A DNA stretch of 64,000 nt, taken from the IMG/VR virus record IMGVR_UViG_3300035670_000150, positions 1 through 64,000 of that record, one strand, 5' to 3'. Origin of the DNA: a virus. Under the pieces are notes generated by a model. That model saw only the letters and a list, made by a program, of their open reading frames with translations, ran no database searches and was not told the origin of the DNA. The translations under genes and the position numbers were made by a program. Positions 30,701-38,227 of this stretch are shown here, one piece after another. Position 1 is the stretch's first letter. Each line of letters starts with the position of its first letter.

Positions 30701-32090
30701 CGAATTAGTCCCTACCTTTGACAGCAAAGGACAAGTGATTGACTATCGTTATATTATGAAACAAGAAGTTAAGGATACTTTACTCAGAAGGGATAACAGG
30801 GTAGACCAAGTGTTTGGGGCTATGTCAGCGAGTGCTACCGTTAAGAAAAATACTGTAATAGTAAACTCAGCATTAATGAAAGCTCTCTATGACCAGTATA
30901 GCCATGACAGAAAGAACAATAATGTTAGGGGCTATTTGTTAGTTGAGCCTAATGCCAAGGATAAACAACTTGCTGAAATTTGGAATTTGATGCCACAAGA
31001 AGCTCAAAAAGAAGCTACTGCTTTATTTGGTAGAGAAGGCGTGTATGTCAGGAAGGATGTGATTAATGCAGCCTTTGGTTATCGTAAATGGACTATAGCC
31101 AATCTTTGGAATCCAAATAATGATTATCCTGAAGTGGTCAAGAATGCCCTTAATCAGCTCATTACGAGCATTTATGGCAAAGCCCTAGCCAAGTTCCTTA
31201 TGATGGGTGAAAGAGGGCTTCAGGAGATTGTTAAGGAGGCTAAAGACATTATCGTGATTAAATCGGTTGTGGTGCTTGCGAGTAACTTCATGTCTAACAC
31301 AGTACAGTTGTTCCTGCTCCACGATGTGAACCCGATTAAAGCGGTGTCTGACCAGATAACAGCTATCACTGCTGCTCAGGAGTACAACAAGAATGCTAAG
31401 GAGATATTCTTCTTGCAGGCTAAAGTAGATGCCAATATTGCAACCTCAGCTATGCGTTTGAAATTGCACCAATTGTTGCAAGACCAAGCAAGGAATCCAG
31501 TTAAAGGACTGATTGATGCAGGTATGCTACAAACGATTGTCGATGATGCCAGCGCCCAAGAAGACTTGTACTCGTTCAAGCATGGCTTAATTGGTAAGTT
31601 AGAGGAAGTGACTTCGGCCATTCCTGATGGGGTGAAAGAAGCCTTTAAGCAGGTTACTTTCCAACAGGGTTCTATAGCCTACGACTTTTTGAGAAGAGCT
31701 ACGCAATTCTCGGACTTTGCTGCACGGTATGCATTGTATACCCACCAAGTAAATAATGAGGGAGTAAGCCACGACAAAGCCATTCAAAATATTATGGATG
31801 CTTTTGTTAACTACGACTTACCCCCACATAAAGCGATGCAGTACACAAATGATATGGGTATTACTTGGTTCTTTAAGTACTTCATACGGATGCAGAAGGT
31901 TATTGTGAAGAGTTTCAGGAAGAATCCTGCCAAGGTATTAAGCTTATCTGTTGGGGCAGACATGTTAGGAATTAACATACCTACCCCGCTAGATGCTTTT
32001 GCTCCGTTCGTGGATGTGAATAGAAAGATTGGACTAATAGATGGTTTTAGCATGGCTGCTAATGCCCTTCCATTAGCCAAGGTGTTCTAA
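21786..32090 (+). CDS. Virion-encapsidated RNA polymerase (N4 gp50-like)
   Basis: 3434 aa; motif A LELDGVTNG, motif B RNFVKNPITTTVY, motif C NVFDA; C-terminal FSDFAARY...AFVNY. Confidence 0.95.
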   Translation: MAKTPLDTAYDEILSPAEQKLAAAVEASNKDLAVIADIRKSYLDAQTARVRDRAESPNAVVSDTDLSTFTGQLTNLAISAGAKTVSVLGDVIQAPAKLWRENELASANITQEDIDNYWSLKNKQVQEAAGMNLLEDYTEAEKALTKPNIGKTRGVGTYMTTHDAPSKAQTLDAFFEGEKNAQVSRTYVYDAFSRYANDLKKNEVMADAKKTYEENKKDVVQGFEELRKGDLAGIGKMVSAADKMGADALVTLFTNPSGTAQLAAEAIPTAVMAAISAPLSAAAYGTSYIRDAEDMYRREYKKMPLGTDRAIMVSGSMLAGAVGTYADRLLGRAVVNSIGGNATKVAGEVAEDVAQGSLKEGAKKVTQELVDTALGIAATATKEGITEATEQAINEYSGKQDIDKMDGAEIFANGVAGFGAGGMLAGGATAVGKVNDFAKSAKASIVAKEATKTVLAADAKADEATSEQGVVNPEVRKGADLSSSLGIAKVIRNARTVLEKDETDQGTREDTILFAKHALSSIDNRLDATAEKLLDVEDMSKVEGISEDAKELLNSTKNELLKEQKRLQKIKDENAEKITAEYDALVSNPEVYEAAKSRLTAEKLDELADMDTQAVPLDEESDTTETDTTPTVDNTLDKDAALLAASSLVTDKVTPEDLEAAANSSKISPQRATQLKETAILNRLIDVAKSSAMVAKDIIEGGEGFVGIKQYQQRITEHLNSGSLRTAARDLTSLGKFAAHHEAKAKAYEAALVQAQNAPKGTRIEVAGFRTLPTKANPKGNPVTLDANAGKLVNSVRQEADLVKSAFTSLANQVTAFMPKQNTAKPETAPTETAPKAEAPKTEAPKAEPVVQETVNKTEPEAKPEEKTSEPETVSEPTASVQEQTVQEQVAEEQAVEEQVTEEQEDTSPNPITKSVNQGSRAGLKPKHLVNEADAQHLMTNPVTLFKRIKRGVLWAINYRDTNAVMEALNRELTPSESLLLDKLPVFMGGFEARLRSLLPSPETVLSKRGWQSVSAPLHAFTLEDGTFSKEFTEAMAISALEYLESNSLSLMGDNTTSIATLLGLDTKDFVPTREQYEALGNAGSPYADVAQKLGAIALKNMGMKKDSSKPQNIMNNMEYDLGRAIIGALNGTTRENGILTVTSYKISDLVALGGDYTIDPKNPHATIESIAFNPKVVASFLGVKDVSSIFGGTNGLLTTLTSNKAELPKAEIGTKTQKVSNFIRRSKGQKAPKEFVEGLQKDANVPNYLDLNMHTLFNELGKNWFAYMLGTRDASKAILGKRPSIEGKNKTAEVDITRYEMFLARMQETAGNLTAPFFYNYRIGKQLRASAIGSDINFQTSKFHRYMTAMEPSEIDMVNDTNQSFTLFKLGVAQGLGFGVDKKTIQASLAFYDSVLADPVFMNGVYAIKEILSGTPATDGHRQAILDAVEKGEEATHSLKSLTGLAEMLMATEGKFNTTVTLELDGVTNGVANAHIQMGLAMQNGKLTETSRIRLAQSGFFLDGTETYNEWINRAGNMDMYQSTAVAANVAEQVWIEDSANQDMLGTLATFKKYTGELVKETIEGDLAATSEGRNFVKNPITTTVYASGAKSRSDKMADKVMDNLLDAVEKAVLANDVQALNELKQDISTLAGMRIIFPRNMMEFEFNSFIAKGIKYSFSKSLGAIVNEAISNEYAKQLDNTALVTETSNVIFDMFNALYQTKIKEKLAELRSAGKLSTYAYLSEDQLDEIKNSLLHTMPVFNSFYGNISNGVMTAKYSGTSNVSNADKDVKAAFHLGSALGHRGSNYSYTDGYEAPAAGTMAILNIAFGDATTMARAAYKSDEPLGLNVFDARLTRIANVANTATALNESAYEAVTYHNLLGTVSKRLQEATKEFMQSGVSKTYSPEINALAHKVLVAHYSDGLSLINGKAHYKNSDGKPIALEDAEVAQSFTPDMLVRYIDNLNARMTAAHKQSQEAKQVLYKSLSVNQFSSVTGGAKFANGKKQDVRDFTMEEAANAQASLETRIIETVMDSTEPLTGDIDQTLANLEAVLPPVQAETPSVATVEPKLEAIIAGRTEFPLADILNNLKDLTDIRTAKAMRELLSNLRGSNIQVRILGANEQKVIATSLGEMSTESLYGYWEPNEKVIYLQGTHSPNSGVAIETLLHEAIHAALDSRLTSIEKQLTQGVNGGHTVKELSAYKHIEQMRAKAKEFLDADSTANIKEFIAWGLSNAKNRGLLSKQPTRIRAFVKAIVTQLKLMLGLKTQDSNMLLDLLADAMVIGKAGTEVRSSLDNTIASSPQVAHDATRYMDLNQIYDHIAKSNTNTITASHDAHLREVLNKAVIKAINPTLLVIPDNAKTLSSQDAALLHALDPEIRKDFGLLTALNFRVSDQELMVYATYSTIIGSALNDFGWNTREIRRMYAHAKKNLSWRDFIGQDSVLDTEADRARSESEARARYNAVFANTQTNDYLRNFMALAATNEAFRERLATLTTPPAVSKAIRGETVRDTLKNIIEAILNFLNDLAITRSHEPTVLAKLDKLAKNIRHREIKEKNKLQSKIIKSAKFASKVLNTVNEFSRIKIDKAFDKMKKKVSKRRILNAAVTLSSVVLSERRASEFAFGLDTIQNFMTTGREGFVSALWTDLKGTDDSNIRIHSLLATKNKLIDQETVNVKTNTSELVKSLFGKELTDKESVAATKVLIAPDLSSLLTNGYSFAQIANFLNNPLAVKNEATRLQVAIRQQAPKGTDEYFINQAKNTAHMMIRGYQKYRGHVMSNAATIVTLFGTGEPNPNASMQVRTMVDSLITLEALQLVDPVQLQMMSNLYKREAARKGENGVESLLAMHNVVKDKVLKNTFLGNEFNYVKGHTTDITDPYMSIQIAPKSMENELLMQNYERVGEPLVKDKHDPVAEPMYMYVSNYGGEATYLQGAMSLASKGARGMSVLDANNQAGNALPIYKQKDLINKIRRGKAIDNQKLFMPNPPLADNELVPTFDSKGQVIDYRYIMKQEVKDTLLRRDNRVDQVFGAMSASATVKKNTVIVNSALMKALYDQYSHDRKNNNVRGYLLVEPNAKDKQLAEIWNLMPQEAQKEATALFGREGVYVRKDVINAAFGYRKWTIANLWNPNNDYPEVVKNALNQLITSIYGKALAKFLMMGERGLQEIVKEAKDIIVIKSVVVLASNFMSNTVQLFLLHDVNPIKAVSDQITAITAAQEYNKNAKEIFFLQAKVDANIATSAMRLKLHQLLQDQARNPVKGLIDAGMLQTIVDDASAQEDLYSFKHGLIGKLEEVTSAIPDGVKEAFKQVTFQQGSIAYDFLRRATQFSDFAARYALYTHQVNNEGVSHDKAIQNIMDAFVNYDLPPHKAMQYTNDMGITWFFKYFIRMQKVIVKSFRKNPAKVLSLSVGADMLGINIPTPLDAFAPFVDVNRKIGLIDGFSMAANALPLAKVF

Positions 32091-32281
32091 CTATCCTTAT
32101 CTTTGTTGGTTCCCCTAATGTCCCTGATGATTACTAGGGCTAGGGGAATTGCAATTAGGATACCTGCTATTAAGGCAAGAACAGGGAGAATCAGGGGGAT
32201 AAAGACTATAAGTCCTATCCCCACTGCAACTACTAGAATAGCTAAGAACAGTTCCCAAAGACCTGTCAGCAAATTCCACAT
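32087..32281 (-). CDS. Small membrane protein
   Basis: 64 aa, almost entirely hydrophobic; RBS AGGT; overlaps the vRNAP 3' end by 4 nt. Confidence 0.7.
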   Translation of the reverse strand: MWNLLTGLWELFLAILVVAVGIGLIVFIPLILPVLALIAGILIAIPLALVIIRDIRGTNKDKDS

Positions 32282-32291
32282 AGTTACCTAC

Positions 32292-32765
32292 TTATAAGAA
32301 AGGGTCTTCCTCTTCTTCTTCTTCATCCGCAAAAGCGTTTTCCGCTACTTCAGGTGCAGCTTTTGGCTTACCTTTACCCGCTTTCTTAGCAGCGGTTTCA
32401 GGTGCTGCTGTCTCTTCTTGGAATGGGTCTGTATCTTCCGTTTCGAGGAAAGCTGATGCAGGGTCTTTTTGTTGTTCAGTTGCAGGCGCTTCTTCTTCGA
32501 CAGGAAGCTCCACTTCTTCATCCCAACCGTTATCGGTGCCATTGTCTGCCACTTCGGCAACTTTAGTAGGTGATTGAGCACTGGCATCAATTGGCTCCAT
32601 ATGGGCTTCAATCATCGCTTCGATAGTCGGAGGATTTCTGCGAGCCACAAATGAAATGGCGCTAATCACAATGTTGGGGTCATGTGCAGCAACCTTATCA
32701 ATGATAAGCTGCTTAAGGCCAGCTTCATCAATTTTGATACTTACGCTACGTGTGATTTCTAACAT
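32292..32765 (-). CDS. Hypothetical protein with acidic tail (N4 gp46-like region)
   Basis: RBS GAGGT; folded N-terminus plus acidic disordered tail ending EEEEEEDPFL. Confidence 0.7.
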   Translation of the reverse strand: MLEITRSVSIKIDEAGLKQLIIDKVAAHDPNIVISAISFVARRNPPTIEAMIEAHMEPIDASAQSPTKVAEVADNGTDNGWDEEVELPVEEEAPATEQQKDPASAFLETEDTDPFQEETAAPETAAKKAGKGKPKAAPEVAENAFADEEEEEEDPFL

Positions 32766-32773
32766 GCTTACCT

Positions 32774-33172
32774 CTATATGATTTCTTTAATGTAAATAGT
32801 TACCCTTGGGTTGGCTTTATCTATGCCACCAAAGGCAAAGCGTTCTTCGACAATAACTTGGTAGTTATCGTCAGGTATTTTCCCCATTTCAGTCAGAGCG
32901 TCCGTAAAGAATTTAGCAATGATAGTGCAGATGTTGTGTGTATCGCAGAGACGGGCGTTACCCACAAAGAGTACATACTTCACCATTATAGGATGTTGAA
33001 AAGTAGGTAATTTCTCTATCTGTTCTTGCATTAACTTTTTGTACTCTATCTTCATACTGTTCAGGGTGTGGAAATGAGCATTCCTGTAAATATTCAGATT
33101 GAGAGCAAAATCCTTTGCACGTACCCTCTTAATCTTCAATGGGGAAAAAAGGGTGTAAAACTTGGTGCTCAT
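32774..33172 (-). CDS. RusA-like Holliday junction resolvase
   Basis: LNIYRNAH, D.HN, FTDAL, IPDDN and PRV motifs. Confidence 0.75.
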   Translation of the reverse strand: MSTKFYTLFSPLKIKRVRAKDFALNLNIYRNAHFHTLNSMKIEYKKLMQEQIEKLPTFQHPIMVKYVLFVGNARLCDTHNICTIIAKFFTDALTEMGKIPDDNYQVIVEERFAFGGIDKANPRVTIYIKEII

Positions 33173-33190
33173 ACAGTACCCCTAAGTAAT

Positions 33191-33210
33191 AAGCCCCTAT
33201 ACAGGGGCTT
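33191..33210. terminator. Hairpin / probable terminator downstream of ssb
   Basis: AAGCCCCT-ATAC-AGGGGCTT; weak U tract on the - strand. Confidence 0.55.
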
Positions 33211-33234
33211 TGGTTACTTTAGCACTGAGGAAGC

Positions 33235-34041
33235 TTAAGCGAAAGGGTCTTCTTCGTCAGCATCCATAGGAGCTGATTCTTGTACTGGTGCCTGTTTAGA
33301 AGCTGTAGCAGGAGTACCTTCTTCTTCGGCACCAAACAGGTCGGAGGTATCAGTAGGAGTACTGAATGGGTTATCCCCCATGCTAGTACCAACTGCACCT
33401 TCGATTGGCTTGTAGGTGTTTTTAACATTGCCTGTCCAATGCTTAACCCAATCGTTATACATCTTGGGTTCTGTCTTGCCATTGGCCACTTCTTTAGGGG
33501 TCAGGTCATTGGCAGCATTAAACACCATATGGATTTCGTTGGTTTCCCGCTTATCATTGGTTGCAGCACCGTTTTTGAAGCCGTTGCTAATCACTTTGAT
33601 GATACCGAGTTTGACCAGCTTCTTGCACATCATAGGCAACACTGGCACTGTCTGAGGAATCTCTTTGCGAGATTCAGCATCGTACAGGTCAATGGTTTTT
33701 TTCTGCTTGGCTTTGAACACTTCCATAAATGGTTTGCCACAAGTAGCCAAGCACAGGTTGTCCAAAAGTTGATACCCGGGTAATTTCACTGCTTTACCTG
33801 ATTTCTTGTTCATGTAGAACACTTCACCTTTGGCATTAGTGAAATACAGGGTATAACGACGTTCATCACCTTCTTTGTTTTTGGTGGTGAGGTTTACCGC
33901 AGAAGCACCTTTAGCGGATTGGGTGATGTAGGCTTCAGTAATAATTACCTTCTGAATACCGCTATCATCAGCCGACCAACCGCCTACGCTTTCTGTGTTG
34001 TCTTCTACGTTCTCACCAAAATTGATATTGTTAATATCCAT
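33235..34041 (-). CDS. ssb: Single-stranded DNA-binding protein (N4 gp45-like)
   Basis: AY...SAKGA, LPGY and RETNEI motifs; acidic tail; position after AAA protein. Confidence 0.85.
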   Translation of the reverse strand: MDINNINFGENVEDNTESVGGWSADDSGIQKVIITEAYITQSAKGASAVNLTTKNKEGDERRYTLYFTNAKGEVFYMNKKSGKAVKLPGYQLLDNLCLATCGKPFMEVFKAKQKKTIDLYDAESRKEIPQTVPVLPMMCKKLVKLGIIKVISNGFKNGAATNDKRETNEIHMVFNAANDLTPKEVANGKTEPKMYNDWVKHWTGNVKNTYKPIEGAVGTSMGDNPFSTPTDTSDLFGAEEEGTPATASKQAPVQESAPMDADEEDPFA

Positions 34042-34763
34042 TATTTTGCCTCATTAAATGCTTTGAGTTTATTTAAGACATGCATGATGTTGTTATCAAT
34101 GAATGTCTCTTCGCGTTTCCACAAGCCCTTAGTGGAACGGATATTTAAACCCACTCCCATAGCTGTCTTGCGGGTTTGGAATACGTATTTACCTTCGTCA
34201 ATGCGTTCATCTTCAGTGATGTTTAGCATTGGGTTGGCATATTCTTCCAAGTCTGAGAGGTCTACGTAATCCGCAAACACAATGTTTGTAAAGAAACTTT
34301 CGATACCCCTGTTAGCTGTTGAGCCTTTTACTGCAATTGCGAGTTTTGACCTCCCTTTTATATCCTTAGCCATTTCCACATGGCATAGGAAAATGATGGG
34401 CTTATTACATGAGGCTACCCCTGATTGGAACAAATCAAGGATGAAGTCTCGGTATTTATCCCAAATTTGGAATTTGTCATCTGCAACACGCTTTGCGTGC
34501 ATCTCTTGCATATCCAAGGCAGATGTCAAAGTGTCGATAATGATACCAGCACACTTAGGATTGTTGGCACCTTCTTTTACCCAATGCGTTAAAGTCGCGG
34601 GAGAGGTCACAACAACCTCTTTAAACTTATGGGCAAAGGGCAAAGGTTTATTGGTTTCACAGTTAAGGTAAAGCCAGCTTTGTTGGTTTGGAATATACTC
34701 CAACGAGGCTGACTTTCCGTTACCTGCTAAACCACATACTGCAACTATGTAGTCATTAGCCAT
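34041..34763 (-). CDS. AAA-family ATPase (N4 gp44 / Sak4-like)
   Basis: Walker A GLAGNGKS, YLNCE, Walker B IIIDT, KYVFQTR. Confidence 0.85.
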   Translation of the reverse strand: MANDYIVAVCGLAGNGKSASLEYIPNQQSWLYLNCETNKPLPFAHKFKEVVVTSPATLTHWVKEGANNPKCAGIIIDTLTSALDMQEMHAKRVADDKFQIWDKYRDFILDLFQSGVASCNKPIIFLCHVEMAKDIKGRSKLAIAVKGSTANRGIESFFTNIVFADYVDLSDLEEYANPMLNITEDERIDEGKYVFQTRKTAMGVGLNIRSTKGLWKREETFIDNNIMHVLNKLKAFNEAK

Positions 34764-34765
34764 GG

Positions 34766-36922
34766 TTACTTTTTACCTTTAATCGATTTGAGAATAGTCT
34801 CTTCAAGTTCCTTACTACTTAACGGGTCGTCAAGTAATTCGTTAACTTCAATGACTGCCGCCTCTATCTTATCAATGCCAACTTTTTGCTCCGCTAGGAA
34901 AGCTGCATAACGATATAGGGTTTGGTTTCTGTTCCCTTCAGTAGCTGTCCGTACTACCCAACGCTTCATTCCACCTACAGAGACCATCTTACCTTTGGTG
35001 GTTTCCAGCTCTTCAGAACGCTGCGTATTTGGATAATAGGGCATTACCCCTAGGTTGATACCATCCAACTTACTAAACACCTTAGAGCCTGCGTAATAGC
35101 GGTATTTGCGTTCACGCTGAATAGCTGGAATATCCACAGTCACTGGCAACCAATAAGCAATGTTTTTACACAGTGCTCGGTACTGGTCTTCTTCCAATGT
35201 GACTTTATGTGACAATGGCAGAATGAGTCTGTACCGTGGGTCTTGCTCAGTGTGGGACTTAGTGGTGTAAATGATGTGGTTGTACTCACCTAAAATCTTC
35301 GAGAGAAACTCGGGTTTGATTTTGGTTTGGTCAACATCAAATACCACCATATTAGCGCCCGCTATTGTGGTATCCCGTGTACGTCTACCGTTCCCCACCT
35401 CACCATTTTCAAAGTGGTGATTACAGAAGTTACCTGTTTTGGATGCAAAGAATGCGGGTAACTTATGGAATGGGGGGGTATTGTTGGTGTACTTATCCGC
35501 GAACTCAGTTGAGGTCGATAGGATAGCTTTGCTTAGGTCGTTCTCTTCCAGTTTGGTTCCCTTGTAGAACATGACGTTAGCCTCTTTGTAGGCTGTGATA
35601 GCCAAGGCATTCTTATAGCCATAGGACATGGCTAAGTTAATCAAGTCCTTTTTGGATGAAACAGAACCAGAATAAAAAGGTAAATACTCAACCAAATCCG
35701 CTTCCGTTACAGGGGTGCCAAAGTCAGCTAAGAAGTTAGCCAAACGAATGTGCGCCCTTGGTTGGTTTAGGATTTTGTAGAGTGATTCCCCTGAACGTTC
35801 TGCAATAGCAATGGCATTCTGTAAGTGCAGGATAGACACTTCATTTTTGCCATCACAGAATGCATAGGCAGCAGCAAGCTTAAGCGCCTTAACATGCCTA
35901 TGGGTCATTTCAGTACGCTCAATAGGGCGGTATTCTGAAATCATCTCAGCACGGGTTTTGCAGAAGTCTTGATAGTCCATACGGAACTTTTCAGCATCTT
36001 CCCCTACATAGATGGTCTTACCCACAAGGGCAATATCAGCAAGGCGTTTAAAATGCTTTCTGATAGCCATAACTTCGTTCTGAGTGTTCTTGTCCGTTAA
36101 GGTCTTGAATATCTCATCACGGGTCTTTTTATTGACGTTCTTAAGGTTGAGGTCACCATAGGCAAAGAAGCAGCGTCTGCCATAGCCTGTTTTTAACCAG
36201 TTGAGGAATATTTCTTCTACCTTACCGCCATCGAATACGTTGACTGGTGTACCGAAGGCAAACACGTTAGCAGGGGTATAACCTTTAACAGGTCTTGCCC
36301 GCTTGTTTTCCTTGGTGGCCTTAATCAACTTATCCTTGGTGAACCCTACGTCATAGAGTTCAAGGAAGGTAGCAATGATTTCCCCATTGTTGGTTAGGTT
36401 TGAACCTATTTCATCCATCTCAAGACTGGCAGCACCACAGCGAGCCAAGTTAATTGACTTGCATAGTTGCTTCAGTGCAGGTGAAGTACCTTCAGGGAAT
36501 GCATAGAGGAAATGGCCGTTCTGAGTAAAGTCAGTCAGCAATTCCGCTTCCACATCACTTGAGTCTTCCCCTGTCTTAGCTGCAATTTCCATAGCCAAAT
36601 CGGTAATGGATTTCTTAGCACGGTTAGGGTAAGTCGAGTGAACGAACTCTTCCTCGAAGTCACAGAAAATTTCATTTTCCATGATGTTCTGAGAGTAGTT
36701 TTTACCATAGCCTGATTCAGCAAACGCAATAGCAAAAGCATTCACAGGCATTTTATTGTTTGTGATAGTTTGCACAGAGACATGCATATTACTGGCTAAC
36801 TTACACAAGTAGTAAGCAGTCTCTATTCGGAAGAACATCCTGTCTTGGTTCTGTACCTGAGTACATACCAAATCAATAATCTTCTCCGAAAGATGATGAT
36901 ACGGGAATGACGTTACTAGCAT
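34766..36922 (-). CDS. DNA primase (N4 gp43-like)
   Basis: SGYGK, MDEIGSNL, FDVD, YTTKSH and C-terminal GNRN (PriCT-like). Confidence 0.88.
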   Translation of the reverse strand: MLVTSFPYHHLSEKIIDLVCTQVQNQDRMFFRIETAYYLCKLASNMHVSVQTITNNKMPVNAFAIAFAESGYGKNYSQNIMENEIFCDFEEEFVHSTYPNRAKKSITDLAMEIAAKTGEDSSDVEAELLTDFTQNGHFLYAFPEGTSPALKQLCKSINLARCGAASLEMDEIGSNLTNNGEIIATFLELYDVGFTKDKLIKATKENKRARPVKGYTPANVFAFGTPVNVFDGGKVEEIFLNWLKTGYGRRCFFAYGDLNLKNVNKKTRDEIFKTLTDKNTQNEVMAIRKHFKRLADIALVGKTIYVGEDAEKFRMDYQDFCKTRAEMISEYRPIERTEMTHRHVKALKLAAAYAFCDGKNEVSILHLQNAIAIAERSGESLYKILNQPRAHIRLANFLADFGTPVTEADLVEYLPFYSGSVSSKKDLINLAMSYGYKNALAITAYKEANVMFYKGTKLEENDLSKAILSTSTEFADKYTNNTPPFHKLPAFFASKTGNFCNHHFENGEVGNGRRTRDTTIAGANMVVFDVDQTKIKPEFLSKILGEYNHIIYTTKSHTEQDPRYRLILPLSHKVTLEEDQYRALCKNIAYWLPVTVDIPAIQRERKYRYYAGSKVFSKLDGINLGVMPYYPNTQRSEELETTKGKMVSVGGMKRWVVRTATEGNRNQTLYRYAAFLAEQKVGIDKIEAAVIEVNELLDDPLSSKELEETILKSIKGKK

Positions 36923-37889
36923 TTTGAATTAATCCTTTGTTAAGCAGGCGTTGATACTGACTACAAATTGGAGAGCCAAAACAATATTCACACGCTTTAG
37001 CAAATTGAGGTTTTTCTTTTACTACCCCACAACCTTTTTCAGCCGCATACGCCAAAGCTTCATTACGGGCATTGTCCGAATCGAAGTTTTTGCTTGCCCG
37101 TGCAGCATCAGGTTTAGAAAAGTACTGATAAACAGGCTTCTCATCCATCCAAAGCTCTTCGCGGGTACACTCAATGGTATCCACATCTTCAATGGTCAAG
37201 TCACGATGTTCCCGAATACGGTCAGCCATCCACTGTTCTAATTGTCGGAAAGACATTAGAGGTACTCGGAATCCCATAATAGGAGCATGGGGATACTTGT
37301 CATCATTGTTGATTTTATCGCGGAAACCCTGCATCCAGTTTTGGTAGATGGAGTAGTAAGTACCGAATGAAATATTTGCAGGCAAGTTGTTTTTAATACG
37401 GAGCCATGCGTAAATACTTAATTGGATAATACGTTCTTTTTCTTTGGTTTTATCGCCAAAGGAAAAGGTATTTTCAGTCTTCCAATCCACCACCTCACCG
37501 TCAATGGTAATGTCATACTTACCCGAAATAGTGTAAGTCACACCGTCAACATCAATAGTGGCAGTCAAACGTTTTTCCACTGACATTTCAGGTACAAACA
37601 TCCCAAGCTGTTTGGCTACCTTAGCAACCTCATTAGCGTCTTGGTTACTTTCTTCAATGGCGGCATGGATATTTTGCCCGCGAATAGCAGCCATACGCTT
37701 AGTAATATCCATTGGGTAATGGATACTTGGTGAGCGAGCCACAGCAGAGGATAACTTCGTTTTCTTGGTAGGCTTAATTAACGATGTGGCCGAGAAGGTT
37801 TTAGGGTCAGGGTTATAGTCGTAATCGTCATTCAAGAGCCACATAGCAAGTGGCAGTGGAATGTTATACTGGTTAGTAAGGGTAATCAT
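36873..37889 (-). CDS. PD-(D/E)XK nuclease (N4 gp42-like)
   Basis: SATSLIKP, SGKYD...DWK, QLSIY and C-terminal CEYC...IC. Confidence 0.8.
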   Translation of the reverse strand: MITLTNQYNIPLPLAMWLLNDDYDYNPDPKTFSATSLIKPTKKTKLSSAVARSPSIHYPMDITKRMAAIRGQNIHAAIEESNQDANEVAKVAKQLGMFVPEMSVEKRLTATIDVDGVTYTISGKYDITIDGEVVDWKTENTFSFGDKTKEKERIIQLSIYAWLRIKNNLPANISFGTYYSIYQNWMQGFRDKINNDDKYPHAPIMGFRVPLMSFRQLEQWMADRIREHRDLTIEDVDTIECTREELWMDEKPVYQYFSKPDAARASKNFDSDNARNEALAYAAEKGCGVVKEKPQFAKACEYCFGSPICSQYQRLLNKGLIQNASNVIPVSSSFGEDY

Positions 37890-37891
37890 GC

Positions 37892-38227
37892 TTACCTCAG
37901 AATAAAGTGAGTAGTTTTGGAATCACTTACAGCAGTAAAGATTTCACCCACAATAAGGTAACTTTTATTGCGGGGGTTAAATACTACTGCAAAGTCGAGT
38001 GTAGGGGTATGACTTTGGACAACTTCAGCACTACTTTCGTAAATTTCTTCGAAAGTGGTAGCTGAAGCGGGGGTATGTCCTAAGTCTAACAGCCCTTTAA
38101 AGTACGGTAATACCGTATCCGTAACAAGGTGGGCAGGATATGCAATGGAATAACCTCGATATGGCATAAACAACCACGTTGTATTTTGTAACATCAAATA
38201 AGCGAGCATTTCATCATAGGTCTTCAT
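37892..38227 (-). CDS. Hypothetical protein
   Basis: 111-aa ORF translationally coupled (ATGA overlap) to the polymerase. Confidence 0.65.
   Translation of the reverse strand: MKTYDEMLAYLMLQNTTWLFMPYRGYSIAYPAHLVTDTVLPYFKGLLDLGHTPASATTFEEIYESSAEVVQSHTPTLDFAVVFNPRNKSYLIVGEIFTAVSDSKTTHFILR

Noticed and set aside
33280-33783. 167-aa + strand ORF opposite ssb, and similar + ORFs across 34-62 kb
   Set aside because: Fully overlap well-supported - strand genes and lack recognisable features
36873-37889. Cas4-like nuclease as evidence of a CRISPR system
   Set aside because: It is the conserved N4 gp42-like replication-module nuclease, with no array or other cas genes
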